A stretch of DNA of 63,745 bases, filler included, from Choristocarpus tenellus KU-1152 (lineage: Eukaryota; Protista; Phaeophyceae): assembly GCA_964200185.2 (NCBI GenBank). It is 11 parts of 11 records of this genome, joined end to end, with 100 filler letters (N's around TTAATTAATTAA, not from the genome) between each part and the next. Parts side by side here need not be neighbours in the genome. Positions count along the whole stretch, not along the records: positions 22,973 to 30,102 come from CAXNAD020006642.1; positions 30,203 to 36,055 come from CAXNAD020009592.1; positions 36,156 to 41,846 come from CAXNAD020009995.1; 8 more parts are not named here. One strand, written 5' to 3'. A model generated the notes under the pieces. The model saw nothing but the letters and a program-made list of their open reading frames with translations. It did no database searches and was not told the DNA's origin. A program made the translations under genes and the position numbers. Positions 24,266 to 38,025 of this stretch are shown piece after piece (within the stretch, counting starts at the first letter, position 1; each line of letters opens with the position of its first letter).

Positions 24266-26512
24266 TTACTGACCCATGGGCAGGCCCATTTCAGAGTACA
24301 GCTGCGCCAACTTTTGAGACATGAGTGCCAGGGACTCAGCGTGTGCCCTTTGCATGGCTTGTGTCACCTGTGAAGATAAGGGCAGGACACCAATGATGTA
24401 GGATGGACAGGTGGTGCAATCAGTGTATAAAATGTAGACATCATGCTTGTCACAGGTGTGCTAAACGCTTCACCAGGACACAGCCCCACGACACACAATA
24501 AGGGTGGACCAAAACATTTGAATCACTATGCTTACAAGCACACTTACACGCCACGAGACCAGGCAAATCTTCCAAAAATTACACAAGTTGCACAGGTAAA
24601 AGGGGGGGGTTCACAAAAGGTTCACATGCAGCTCAAAAGTATAATCTTGTACCCAGTCAAGGTACTGCAAAAGCAACAAGTTCACTCTCAATACCTAAAC
24701 TAAACGAACATTCAACTGTAAAGCACCGAGGTGATATCTGGCGACAGCTAAAACAACCCAAAACCGACTACATCAAAGGATTATACTGGCATTTCAATCT
24801 GATCCACTTTTTCAACCCGTTGTCCACTCAAGTCAGCTACAGATGAGAGGGAATGTAAATCGAACAAACAACACAATAAATTAAAGACACAGGTTACCTT
24901 CTCTGAAACAGCCTCTGCACCCTCCGACATCAGCTCTGGGTTGATCTCACACCCCACTGGGTGCTGCTGACCAGTCATCGTAACCTTCACCTTACCGTCC
25001 TCAGAGAGACCCTCCACCCTCAATCCTTCCAGGTCCTGCAGCATTGACATTACATTCATTGGCGACAGGAATAGGGGATGGGGATTAGAGGGTCAGGGGG
25101 CAGGTTGAATATTACAGCCCTGCCTGATTTCCACATAATACACAAATACCAAAGCATGCATTCTTCCCTGCAGTTGAAGAGGATAAGGCGATATTTCTTT
25201 ACCTAGCTCCATTCCCCCCTGCTTGTACCCCTCAAGTCACATGGTTCTTGTTGGGAATAGGAACAAACTTGAAAGTTAGTCTACAGATCGACGCTAGGCT
25301 ACAAAGGCATTGTGATTTTCTTGTATTTACAGCACCCTGTGCCGAAAGCCGACAAAACTCCCAAGAAGTGACCTTCCGCCTGATCCTCAAAGTCAGGACA
25401 CTGCAGGAGCACATGCAGCAAAGATTGTTGATAACGTGGGTGTCTGCGGTTTTGAGGGAAACTTGACTTTACCAGCCCCTTGGAGTTCGGTCTCTGAGAC
25501 CAATTCCCAATGAGCTCCAACGCGCCCAGAACAAAACCATAGGGGTTAACCAAATGCAGTAGAGCAGTTCAAACACTTTTTGTTTGGTAATCAACTAGAA
25601 TAGTTGACATGACAAAGACCTAAAAACAAAGTTTTCTGCACACGGCCACCACGACAGCACACTGTTTAATCAATATGCAAGCGTATGAACTGCTGGCTAC
25701 AAGACTATTCCCTAGTTTGGCGCCTCCTTAATCCTTACATCCACCACAAAAATGCCGTCAGAATTGCTCTTTGTGAGTGAACAAGGCAAACTGGACTAAC
25801 AGTTGCCATTGAACTATTGTGCTGGTTTGCAGGACCGTCAACCTTTCCATAGTATGAGCTGACCTTCTGAAGATCCTTGGTCTTCTGTCCGATCTCATTG
25901 GCTTTTTTAAGACCCTCCATCATGTTGCCCATGTTAAAGCCCTCGCCCTTCTTATCGCCGCCAGCCTTTTCCTCCTTAGGGGCGCCACCGCCAAACAGCA
26001 TGGAAGGCTATTTCACGACCGTTATTGAGGAACAGGATCGGGGAGAGATGGAGCCAACTTGAGGTTGGTGAAACAGCCAAAACATAGAGAAGGGATAACA
26101 ATCTCTACGACATGAGCATCCCCACAAGTTTTAGAGAGACGCACAGGCCTACTCTATTGCCCCTGACAACAGAGTTGCAAAAGAGAGTGCACCACATATT
26201 TACAGGAGCAAACCTACGACTGAAGTGTAAACAATAGGTGTTCATACTTGTAACGTATGGCAGTCAACACAAGAGTTTGGGCGAACGTCTACATTTTGAG
26301 CACGTGGCAAAGAGCAGAGAAAATATTGAAGGTGAAGAAGTGAGTTGCGATCGCAAACATAAGCAAACAGCTTCCTAACCAACCTGTTGGGCGCGTGCAG
26401 TCGCCCTAGCAGGTTGAAGGGCAGTGCGTGTGGTGCGTGCCCCAAAGAAACCACCTGTAAAGGCCTCTGTGGATGCTACCATCCCAAGCATGCATGCCAG
26501 TGTGACCTTCAT
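24266..26512 (-). CDS. ybaB: Plastid-targeted YbaB/EbfC family protein; exons 26512-26384, 26007-25864, 25035-24898, 24367-24266
   Basis: Signal peptide + ASTEAF motif; NMMEGLKKANEIGQKTKDLQKDLEGLRVEGLSEDGKVKVTMTGQQHPVGCEINPELM...VTQAMQRAHAESLALMSQKLAQLYSEMGLP; all introns phase-0 GT-AG. Confidence 0.9.
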
Positions 26513-26781
26513 TTTGCCCAGAATAGAGAGATAAGAGGTGCTCAAGGGGAGCGTGAAGATATTGCTGGCTAGCAAATGAGAGGGTAGAATAGAGGAGGCT
26601 TGGGATGGTGCTTCCTACGACTTCAAAGCTGTGTGTGGTTCTTCATGTTGAAACAGTACCATTGAGGTATAAGGCCGTGGAAGGCGTGCTGTATGTTGAC
26701 ATCGTGTAACTGCTAAAGTTCCAATATAATAGAGTGGGTGCGCCCCTCTCTCACACAAACTAATACCAGCAGCAACGAAAG

Positions 26782-28687
26782 ATGGCTGAATCCAGCTATG
26801 AGGAAGCCCCACCTCCTCCCCGTAAGCCGAGGACATTCTATGATGTGAGGAGAGCTGTGGAAGAGCGTGAGGCCGCCATTGCCGCACGTGCCCTTGTTGC
26901 TGTGACAGATCCAGAGACCAATCGCGAGTCAGGGTCGTCTGTCAGCCCTGGCGAGCAAAAGATTGGGGAGTCGGGGACTGCGCAATTAAACAGTCTACCA
27001 AGAGGGCGAAATACAGAAGAATCCAACGTCAAACGTGCCATAGAAAGGGTTAAATGCCCAGCGAGGAAAGAGGAAGATGAGACACGGGACGGTTCAACTG
27101 TCACCCAACCTAACACGGCACCCATTGCCTCAGTTCTGGATTCCTTAGATGCGAGTTTCAGTTCTCAGAAGTTAGAGAACCCAGGAGAAAGTTCCACTAG
27201 ATCAGAACCTCTAACAGACACTCCACCCATGACAACGGATTCAGCTCATGTAGATCACCTCACAGAAACTAGGCGAGTGAAGAAGAAACGTGGATCGAGG
27301 AGAAAGAATCCAAAAGGATTTTTGCAGTCGCCTACAAAATCTAGTCAAGAACTTGGAACCTCGGTAAATGTTTCGGTGTCGAGACTGAACCACGAAGGTG
27401 TGGCGAGAGATACAGGCTCTCTTGGCCAATCCCTAGCCATACCTCATCTATCTCATCCAGGGGCGATGGTAGATGGCCAAGGAAGACATACTCTGACTGA
27501 GAAAGACAAGCTTAAGGTGTGGGCCGAAGCCAAGGCCCAGGATCGAGGCAAGCCCAAACCATCTGCAACAGAAAAAGTGAAGAATGCTCAAGGCACGGGA
27601 GATAGTTCAAAGTCTGTGAGACGTCGACGATCAATCCCAGCGACCGAGGTTTCCAATCCGTCACAGGAGGACTCAAAAAATGCCTTTACTGAAAATGTTG
27701 CTGTTGCTGCAGGTGATCAACATGCCACAGCAAAAATTATACATGGAGCTAAGGATAGACCCACAACTACAGTCGGGGTCATATCAGGGTTGCACAGCTA
27801 CAATGGCGATGGTGTTACAGAGACTGTGTTGGTTCCTCCAGAGCTAGAAAGCTGGGCATTGGAAGGGGGGGTGGGATGCGCGGATGTCTTGCTCGCTGTG
27901 AAAGAGGCATCTGGAGTACACAGTGTGAGGATTCAAGAGAAGGAGAATGTGTCTCTTAGAACTCGGAAGAAGGAAGAGAAAATGACTCCTGACATGCTCA
28001 GGTATGTTCAGAGTTCTGCAGGGAATAGCATACTGTACAGTGGAAGTAGCATGTGCTTCTAGAGACACTTGAGTTGTGCTTTGAGGTTTAGCAGTGGTTA
28101 GGTAACATCATTGTATGCCTATAATTTGGCAAGGAGTCAGTGAAGCTTGTAAGAGTCTCACCAACTCCTCAGTTACTTATGTGTTGGCTGTGTGTACATG
28201 GCTCAAGCGCAGCAGGTAGGTCGTGGGATGCCTAGTTAGTTTTCGTATCAATCTTACATGGGATGCTATGCAACCATCATTACTCCACTCAATCTTCATC
28301 ATTTATGGACCAACTTCGTTTGCATGCAATGAAATTTCCTATTCTACGGCTCTTTCTCCCCTGCTTCCACAAATGTTTGCTGTGTACATTACATGTTGCT
28401 GTGTTTGTGTATGCCCTTTAAGTAAGTGCATGCATGTACACCATCATTCAAAGTTTTTCCGCCGATGTGCCCCCTTACCCTTTGTCCATACGGCATCGGT
28501 GTGCTTGTTGCACAGGCTAGGGGAGAACCCTCTAAACACTAGGAAGATCATTGTGGTGCATGCACCTAGTCCCTCACAAGCATCTATGGCACGGGCGTTG
28601 CTGGGAACACACCTCAAGAGCCAGGCTGACCTCCTGCAACTAGATCAAAGGCAGCGCAAGCTGCAGAGCAGCCTTACCGCTTTGCAG
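26782..28687 (+). CDS. Protein with long disordered N-terminus and FMR1/FXR-like KH domain plus coiled coil, 5' part; exons 26782-28001, 28516-28687
   Basis: Long ORF; phase-2 splice; VKEASGVHSVRI and ASMARALLGTHLKSQADLLQLDQRQRKL resemble FMR1 KH2 and its following helix. Confidence 0.6.
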
Positions 28688-30346
28688 GTATACTTCATAC
28701 TAGGTAAAGATTGAAAGTGATGACATCTATGAGGAGGGTGTCCTTGAGTTTGTCAGGCCCCTGTGACTGCCTTATGGCACATGGCCTTTGAGCACTGTGG
28801 AGGGCGTGTTTGGCTAACAATATTTTTTCACCAAATCCTCTCCTGTGCAGTCACGCCTCCTTAATGGAGGCTAACCACGTTTCAGGCATGGGAACGGGGT
28901 GTGTTGCACAAGCTTCAAAAACACCTTAACACTAAAAAAGGTCCGAATTTGCTCCCCCCTCTTGGATGGGCTCACCCACTCTGAACAGTGCGGTAGGAAC
29001 GATCCAGTACCAACCTGCTCCAAAACACAGTTTACACTGCCATTCTAGCTTACGCTACTGTTACAGTTTCGCGCCTTCTGTTTTATCCACAATGAACTGC
29101 GAATGATTTTCGATTAAGAGCAGACTCTGGACCTGGGAAAGAGATGGGTGCACCTGCATGCACGACATGGTGGGGAAGACGTTGATATGAAATGAAAAAA
29201 AACAAAATACACACACACACACACATTATAAACGGAGTGCTTCTAACCGCGATTGCTGCAGTTCATCTGTATATATATATATATCAAGAGGCAAGGCCGT
29301 GCACAGAAGCGTGACACGCTCCAAGCTGGACGCATTTTGTACTGTTATGTACTCTCCGGAGAGGAGACAGAGTACACCTGTATGTGCTGATAGGAAATAT
29401 TAAAATCAACCGAGTGCACTTGGTGTTCCCAGCACCAACTCGCCTCCCCCCCCCTCCCCGTCTTAAACCTCCGTAGCTGTGGAAATAACACCCTTCGTTT
29501 CAACCTCTCAAGCCAGGCAGTGGCTCGCTCCTGGGTTTTGTCTTGTGATAGGGCTCAGGGAATGACCTGTAATGAAACTGTATAGTTGTGTGCGTCTACT
29601 ACTACTGGCGATGGCAGAACAGTTGACACAATTCAGTTGCTCCTCCCTATATTCAAGCCCACATGTAACTGCTGCTGTACACGTATACAGATCTTATTTC
29701 AGCGTTGCTAGCCACGTCTCCACAGCGGGTGTGAACCAAGCCTGTGAAACGGTTTCAAATGGTTGCGTGATATGTTTTTGTTTTGTTTTGTTTTTGTTTT
29801 GTGAATACCCAGAAGCTTCGTCCTAGATCGACCTCCGGTGGCGTACCGTATCCTTTGCATAATTTCATCTCTAGAGTAGCAGTGGCGCCTCCCCTCTGTC
29901 AGTGATGTCGCATCGTCAATACAAAAAAAGTTCTTTAATGGGAAATATTGAAGAAAATTCTAAGCATGTTCTGACTTGGGTAGGATGTGGTGATTGATAC
30001 AGGTGTGAAACCGTGGAGAAGTAGTTTTTTTTTTTTTAAATTGAAAAGACCACAGGTGGTAAGGAGATCGCTGAACGCCGCTTTGAGAGGCGTCAATATT
30101 GCNNNNNNNNNNNNNNNNNNNNNNNNNNNNNNNNNNNNNNNNNNNNTTAATTAATTAANNNNNNNNNNNNNNNNNNNNNNNNNNNNNNNNNNNNNNNNNN
30201 NNGAAGCAATTTGTCCTGGTGCTTGTAATATTTCCCCTTCCCAACTGTTGAAAAACTTCCCCCCCCCCCCCCCCCCTTGAATCCCCCCCCTTCAATACTT
30301 ACATGACCACCTCTACCTATGTATTTTTTGTTACATGTATTCATAG

Positions 30347-33300
30347 GAACCTTCATGCCATTACTCCTTGTGAGTATGTGGAGGTGAGTTCCGCCCTTGT
30401 GCACTCACTGAGCTATCAACAGGCCAAGAACCATAACCTACCTTGTAGAGGTGTATACATGGCCTACGCTGGTTACATGCTGGCCAGGGGGGGTGTTGTG
30501 GAACAGTGCCTTATCAACTCGGTTGGGGTGGACCCTACTCCTGATCTGGATGCCTTTGAAGCTGCAGTGTGCAAGTGAGACATGTGTTATCAGTGGTTTG
30601 CTTTATTGTTTTGCCTCCGAGGCTAGACACGCCACTTGGATGTAGAGACCTTTTCGAGCGCATGACTTTAATGACATTAATGGAGCCTCCTTGAAGGACT
30701 TATCCATCCAGAAGTAGTTACTAGTTGTACTACTTGCACAGGCTATGGTATGTGCTATTGTTTGAATTTGTACACAAGAACGTTCAAGGTCCCTTTCCAA
30801 GCCTATGCAAGTAGTACAACTACTATCTCAAGAGAGAGTTCACTTCTTCTTTGCATATATGTCCTTTGTTGCCGGAGCAGACATCCGGATGGGGCACGTG
30901 TTGCCATGCGCTTCACAGTTTTGACTGATCACCATCGCAAGAGGACGGCCGTCATCACCATGGACAGGAAGTGGTTTCCCATGCAGGTGGTGTAAATGAA
31001 AAGTAACAATCGGCGACTGGAGTTAATGATGTGAAGGAGGTTGGGGTTGGGGTTAGGGTTAGGGTTTAGTTGGTGGTACTGTATGATTTACTGTGAAAGA
31101 GACCGTTGACAAGGTTTGTAATGACAAGCATTGTACAGCCATACTGATTCATGCACCCCCCTGTATTAAGTTGTTGTGGTACTCTTTTGATTCCTTAGAA
31201 AGATTGGTGCCCTACCATGCAGTCTGGCATCATTTGCATCCCTGGTAACTGCTGATATATGACTTATTAGTGATACATTCGAGTTTGGCATATACGTGAG
31301 ATGCATGATGGCTCAACTCTCACCTTGTTTACCACAGATGATTCCCTCCTGTCTCTTATCAAGCTGTGATCATTCCATGTGTGGGCAATGTGTGTGTATA
31401 TATATATGTATGTATTACTCATATTTATCGTATTATGTAGTATATATATATATATGTATGTATTACTCATATTTATCATATTATGTAGTATATATATATA
31501 TGCATATATTTTTTTGTACGGATGCGGACCGAGAGCATTTTTATCACTTTCCCACTACTGTATTAAGATCAAAACACGACAGACAACAACACAGCAATCT
31601 CATGCAGTAAGTGACCCTCCCAGACTTGACTCCTGCCTTCTTACCTATGAGCCACGCATCGTACTATACTGCGAATTGTTTCTTGTTCTTTGTTGTTATT
31701 GCAGCGGTGTCGGAGAGGTGATAGTGATGGAATATGGCATGCTACCCCATGTCCTATGCCAGACATGGTAAATACCACTCTGAAGGTGGTTGCGAGCAAT
31801 GGACCTTCTCCTCCTCCGCTGCCCCCTTCCCAAGGAGCTCTGCCACCAGGAGTTAATGCACGCGGTGTTGTGGACTCTGTTGTAGGGGAAAGAGGAGAAG
31901 GAGGTGAGGGCAGTGAGAAGGGAGGGGCAGGGGGTGAGACCGAGGAGGAAGGAGGAGGAGGAGGAGGAGGAGAGAAACAAAGAGGAGTTTATCATGCGAG
32001 GGTGCTCGAAGCAGCGACTGTGCCTGGCGCCAATGGAGGCGTTGGCAGGGATGGTAGTAGTGGGGCGTTGGGGGCAGGTCTGCGTTCATCGATGGTGATG
32101 GTTTCCTTTGATGTGCCCTTCATGGTAAGAATGATTTCCTTGGGGATTGGGGATGGGGCAATATGGATGCAAGTTAGTGCGGTTTGGGTGTGTTGGAGGG
32201 GAGAGTGTAGTGTGGGATGGCGTTGTGGTAGCGAGTAAGGCAGTGGAGAGGATGGAGAGATTTGGGTTTGGTAGTGGAATGTATTGGCGTTATGACAGGG
32301 TTTTTTATGTGAGGTAATGGACCGAATTGTGGAGGAACACGGTAATGTAGATACATTTCTGTGGGTTAGGTGGTAGTGTGCTTGATGAACAAGACGGCAT
32401 CACCCCTTGTATATCCGAGGTCAATGCTTGAAATCAGGCTTTACTCATACAAAAATATATTTATATATATATATGTGTGTGTGTGTGTATGTATGTAAAT
32501 TTATGTGTATGTGTATGTGTATGTATGTCCAAGCATGCTATCAGTAGGCTTTCCCCAAGCAAATGCCCCCAGCATGCAATAGCAAGACTGTGGGCAATCT
32601 TCTGCGTCCATGGTACCCAGGGGTGTGAGGAAACATCTCAAAAGATGAGGTTTCAAACAATTGGTAGGTGGTTACACACATATTACATGAGAATCTGTTG
32701 ATGCATAGGCAGTCTTTTCATGTGTCATACGTATGTATCTACTTATTTTGTATGTTGAGTTATGTGCTACAGGTTCAGGGCTTAGGTATGTAAGTTTTAC
32801 AGGAAATAAGTGTCTCATTTATGGGTTAGATGTTCTTGCTGTTGATGCAGTTTGTGTTGTTGTGGGGTTTTGTTTGAGAAGGATGGCATGCGAGGTGGAT
32901 TATTGCTTGTGATGGGGGGGTTTGTTACTGCTGTGATGTGCTTCTTTTTATAAAGGAAGACATAATGATTACACCTAGTTGAAGTGTATTACTCTCTGGG
33001 TACCTTGGGGTGGGCCTGTCTGTAGTGGTGCAATAGGTGATCCGTTGGAGTTGTAAGCAGGAGAGGAGAAGTGGGGTACTAGAGAACATTAAACTGTGCT
33101 TTTGGGGACAAATGGGTCATGTGCAAGGAGGTTGTTCTGTTGAGGTTGACGTGCATGGTCTTGTTCAAGTGTTGTGTTTTTCTTGTGCAAATATTCTGTA
33201 CCCTTTTGAATGTAGATATTGTGGACTTGTTTTGTATTGTTTATTGAGTAAGGCATGATTCTTGGGCTGCCGCAGGGATGAAGACTGATATAGAAATGTG

Positions 33301-35223
33301 TGTGCAAGATTTGAGTTGAGGTGAATGGCTATATTTTGCGATACCTCCATTGATAACTTCCCCTACGCCCACCGTGAGAAAACTCTATCTTTCTCTAACC
33401 CTAACCCTAAGTTGATCTGCCATCGCCTCTATGCAACTCGATGTAGGAAAGACAACTTTGACTACTTTTCCACCTTAATTGCACTATTTCAAAGAGTAGT
33501 TGTAGTCATTTGGTACCTGTTCTCTCCTGTAATTGCTCTTTAAACATTAGGATGATGCTATGTAGCATACAAACATGGATTGTGATTTACTCCTACACTC
33601 TTAACATCCTATGAACAGAGTGTTAAATTATTGTTTTTCTTAATCTGCAAGGGGGGGGGGGGGGGGGGAGGCGGTACAATGACAGAGGTTGCAACTGTAC
33701 TGTAGGTGAAATCTCTGAAGTGATATTGATATCTCACTACCTCCAAGAGGAAGTTGTGAGCTAAATTTGTATTCTTGAAAGTAATCACACATAAGGTATG
33801 CATGCTGACATAGAACTTTCAAATGCAGCATTGCACTTGCTGATCAGAGTCACTGCTCATGCCCGACCTCAAGCTTCCTTCCCCTCTCCCCACCCCCGTC
33901 AATAATAGCTGGATGGGGTGTCGAGCATGGGGTACGTTGGTGCTGGTGTGGTGGTCGACAAGAAGCGTGGATTGGTCGTTGTAGACAAAAACACTGTTCC
34001 ATTGGCTCTTGGGGATGTCAGGATTACCTTCAACGGCTGCCAGGTATGACTGCTGCCCTACTTCTTTTGACTCTTAACAACGATCTATATTTGCGTAGCC
34101 CTATTGATAGATAGTTCTCCCCAAGAAGCAAATGTCACATCTTCTGCCTTTCATTAACGCACTCAGTTTTTGTTCAGGATAGTCTTTGACGTTGGGGAGG
34201 GGAGGGGGGTGCGGGCGGGGTGACTATTTTTTTTTTGTGCAGATTTGTATGAACATTAAAGAGTGCATTTTGTTTATGTGTGGTCTGTTCCTACTGCAAA
34301 AAGAGGTTTTGGTTTGGGGGTGTTTAGTTGTTGCTGTTTTATGTAGAAGTGAGACATTGCGCAGTGTGTTCAATGTTTGATGCAGAAGTGAGAAATTCTA
34401 TTTCCAACACTCCGCGGAGAAAATGTTGAAAAGTGCTGACACTTTTTCCATTAAATATTCTGCCTGCCTCCTCCCCTTCCTAACCTCATCAAGGTACTGC
34501 AGATCACACGTCCCACATTGCCGATTCACACTTATTTATTGTTACTTAGTGCATGGATATGTAACGATTTTTCAATGCCGAGTTAATCTAGAAAATCTTT
34601 GCTTTGCATTTTACATTTTTGATAATGTGTGGGCATGTGTGTACTCCAGATTAGATACATTAACCTTTACTGACAAGCCCTAATTCGAATCTAAAGTTAT
34701 ATATTGTATTTTTTAGCGTCAAGTTTTGTTCACCTTGTGCATCACCTGTGACGCTGTTGATTTTGCTCTGGCATTTCCTTTCGAAATATATATCTTTTCG
34801 ATATATATATATTTTTGTTGTTTTGTGATGCCAACGAGGCCCTATTTTGCACGTCCGGCATCTATTACCCTGCCCCCATCCCCCCGTAATATTCCTCCAC
34901 TAACCACCATCTATCATGACCCTACCTCCCTCCTTCACCCTACCTACATTCTCTCACAGGAAGTCCCAGGGGATGTTCTGTTTGTTCACCCTGTGCACAA
35001 TTTCAGTGTTGTCAGGTTCAACCCTTCCCTGGTTCGTCCAACACGGTTCTCAGAGGCTGAGCTTTGTGGTCCAGATGAGGACCTCCGTGCTGGAGACAGG
35101 GCCGAGTTTAATGGCCTGACGATGGGGTTTATTCCAGTGTGCCAGAGGTTGGTAGTGACTAAGGTTGAGAGGGTCTCCTTCTTGGACCCAAATCCTCCAC
35201 AGTACATGGCCCACAATGTTGAG
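30347..35223 (+). CDS. Nma111/DEG7-type HtrA serine protease with PDZ domains, internal exons 30347-30574, 30881-30986, 31705-32124, 33909-34043, 34960-35223
   Basis: NLHAITP, HSLSYQQAKN, MDRKWFP, MVSFDVPFMLDGV, GAGVVVDKKRGLVVVDKNTVP.ALGDVRITF, VLFVHPVHNF; all junctions phase-compatible GT-AG. Confidence 0.9.
31395..31502. repeat. Intronic AT-rich tandem duplication of about 48 bp
   Basis: tatgtatgtattactcatatttatc(g/a)tattatgtagtatatata twice. Confidence 0.85.
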
Positions 35224-36949
35224 GTGGGTTGGTGGGGAGGGGCCTTGGCAGGGAGGGGAAAGAGTTGTGTGTTTGAGGGGGATTGGGATTGCCTACAGTT
35301 AAGGGACAGATAGAGGGAACAAGGAAAGAGGAGGTATACCTTTGGTTTGAAAAGTAGAAGGCCAAGAGGTGTATTGGGTGCGGAAGGCTTTCCTTTTGAC
35401 CTTTACTATTTGGTGCTACTACAATGTTTGTACCAAACCTTGGTGTTCCAATAAGAGTAACCAAGTAGGTGTAATCGATGTTACTTGGATGTTTTTTGGA
35501 GCCTTGTGAAATGCTAATAAAAGTTCAATGTGTCCTTCACCCCCAATGCTTAAAGCATTACGGTCTTTGTTGTTGAAAATAGTATACATGGGTTATCTCC
35601 CTGCATGACACAGTATTAATTCGATGCCATCAGTCATGGAATGTCTTTCTCCTTCCCCACTTGATGTGGGGTATGTTCCTCGGCGATAGGTCCACTTGAT
35701 GTGGAGTATTTGTGGTATTTTTTCAGAATTGAAAGAGAAGTTCTGAACCAGTGAGGATGCATGGGTTGCTGTTGGGGTGTGTTGAAGGACTGGACGGTAG
35801 AGTACATGAAGAATTCCTGTGTCTCTTCATTGATAGTATTTTGTTTACAAAAAAGAAGTGTGGTAGTGTCACTGTAAAGCAATAAGTGATAAGAAACACT
35901 GCAGGGTGCATATTTTTTAGATTGAATTTGCATGAACATAGCACGTTCGTGGTGATTTTTTTAATTGTGGTGGTTGTAGGATCATTGTGTTAACCCAACC
36001 CTAACCCAAACCCCCCCTTGCCGCCCCGTCCCCCCCCACCCCCCCCCCTCCCCCCNNNNNNNNNNNNNNNNNNNNNNNNNNNNNNNNNNNNNNNNNNNNT
36101 TAATTAATTAANNNNNNNNNNNNNNNNNNNNNNNNNNNNNNNNNNNNNNNNNNNNTTTTTTTCATCTGTATTGGTGGAGTGGAGGGGAGGGGAGGGGGGG
36201 GGGGGGGGGGGGGGGTCGGCGTCCGTTTTTCACCCTTTTTGGTCGCATTTGTCGGATTTGAAATGTCAGCAAAAAAAAAACAGAATTGTTTGACCGAAGC
36301 GGACACCCCCTCCCCAATCCCCCCCCCCCCCCCCCCCCCCCCCCACCCACCCCCCCCCCCCCCCACACCGCCCACCCCCCCCCCCCCCCCCCCCAGAGAT
36401 ACTTTGAACCCAGACAAGTGTGACCGATAGCCCAGACCTTGATCCCGATTGAAAGACGCCTGTACAATGTACCTCTGCCCTTCTTCCTGCTGTTGTTGAT
36501 GTCAATCAGTACAAGCGCACGAGCTTCATCATCCTGTCCATCGGGTCCGTAGTGGCCTTGAGCGCAGTGATGATGGGCAGCCATAGTTTGTACAACTTTT
36601 TAGTCCCTAGTGAAGATGCCGAGGAAGATGGTGGGTTCTGCAGTGCGGGGGAGTAAGAAAGATCATAGGGTTAGTCTCCACACAAAAGCGACATTCGTTC
36701 TGCGGGTGCCCTTGTATGGCCCCCTTTTAAATTCAGTCCTATTGCCCATTGCTGGTTATAGTTGTTATGGTCGTGATTTTTTGTGGATGAGCCTGTGCAC
36801 CCAACAACGAAGGCAAGCCTAGAGTATCTGGGGCTGCCGTGCTAGGATGGTGCTGATTGGGGTGCACCTTATTGTTGTCAGACTCTGTGTGCGTGTTTTT
36901 TTTTTTGTGGATGCATGTGCCCCATTGCTGGTTATAGTTGAGCCTGCAT

Positions 36950-37030
36950 TTGTGTCATCTTGTGTTGTTTGTGTCATCTTGTGTTTGTTTGTTTCATCTT
37001 GTGTTGTTTGTGTTATCTTGTGTTGTTTGT
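36950..37030. repeat. Minisatellite (tgtgtcatcttgtgttgttt-like, about 4 units)
   Basis: Direct reading. Confidence 0.8.
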
Positions 37031-37844
37031 TTCCCCTCGGTTTTTTTTCTTTTCTTTTTTTTCTTTTTTGCACTCTTTAGGAGTAGAGAGGGTGTTTGCT
37101 GAGTACTGGCCTACGTATCCTCATGAGAACAAGGGTCAGGCTTAATTGAAGGTATTTTTTGTTCAGTCGCCAAACATGAAGAAATGTGCGCAGAAAGTTC
37201 CTCGTTATCTTTTCCATCCCTCCCTCTTGATTGCCTTTTGTTTCTTTTTCCTTTTTTTTATTTGTTCAAATGCTGTGTATCTACCTATGTCTATACTTCT
37301 GTATCTCGAAGCATCCTTTACTTGCTGCATAGCAGTACCTGATTTAATGTCTGGTTATTATTTGTATTATCGATGTCACCCATGCACTACCCTGTATGAG
37401 ATAGGGATCTCCTCCAAGACATCGTGTTGACGTTAGACTGCCTATAGTTGGCACAGGTATCTTCCAAGAACAATGGAATGGTTGCTGCTGCACCTGAGAA
37501 CATGCAAGAAAGCGCAACCACTTGTAAGAATGCTTTGAACCCTGTTGTTGTATAGGTAAAACCATGGGTCTTCATTCTTGTGCACATATATACTGTGGCA
37601 TACAGCGATGGCTTGTACTAAACTTTGGTGGAGCCTTGTATGACAAGAATGGCAATAACTGCATTTGTCACCCATTTAGTGTTAACCCCCAAAACACTAG
37701 GGCACATTGTCTCCCCAAAACACTGGGGGGTATGACAAACCTGCAGAATTTTCACTCATATTTCTTGTCCATGTCCAAGTTACAGTTTATTATGGGAACA
37801 CTGTTACTACACTGGGTCAGCAAGATAAAACGGTCCTGTCCTCC

Positions 37845-38025
37845 AGGTGGACCGGTCTCACAGTTATTTTAACATGTCCGGACCAAGTCCACTGGATAAT
37901 TGTACCGGGCCTTGTCTTCCGACCAACCAGTCTTCACTTTTTTCTTGCATGTCCAGACCATGGCAATCGTCCACCCAAACTTTCTTCTGCCGTGTCTGGC
38001 CCATGTGCACTACGTCTTGTACTAG
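37845..38025 (+). repeat. Second copy of the left arm of the 4930 CATG-motif repeat
   Basis: tgtccggacca.gtccac.gg..attgtaccgg.cc and cttgcatgtcc blocks collinear with 4945-5120. Confidence 0.6.

Noticed and set aside
36156-36430. Poly-Gly/Pro ORFs or G-quadruplex locus
   Set aside because: Homopolymer-inflated sequence at a contig start within a MITE-like remnant
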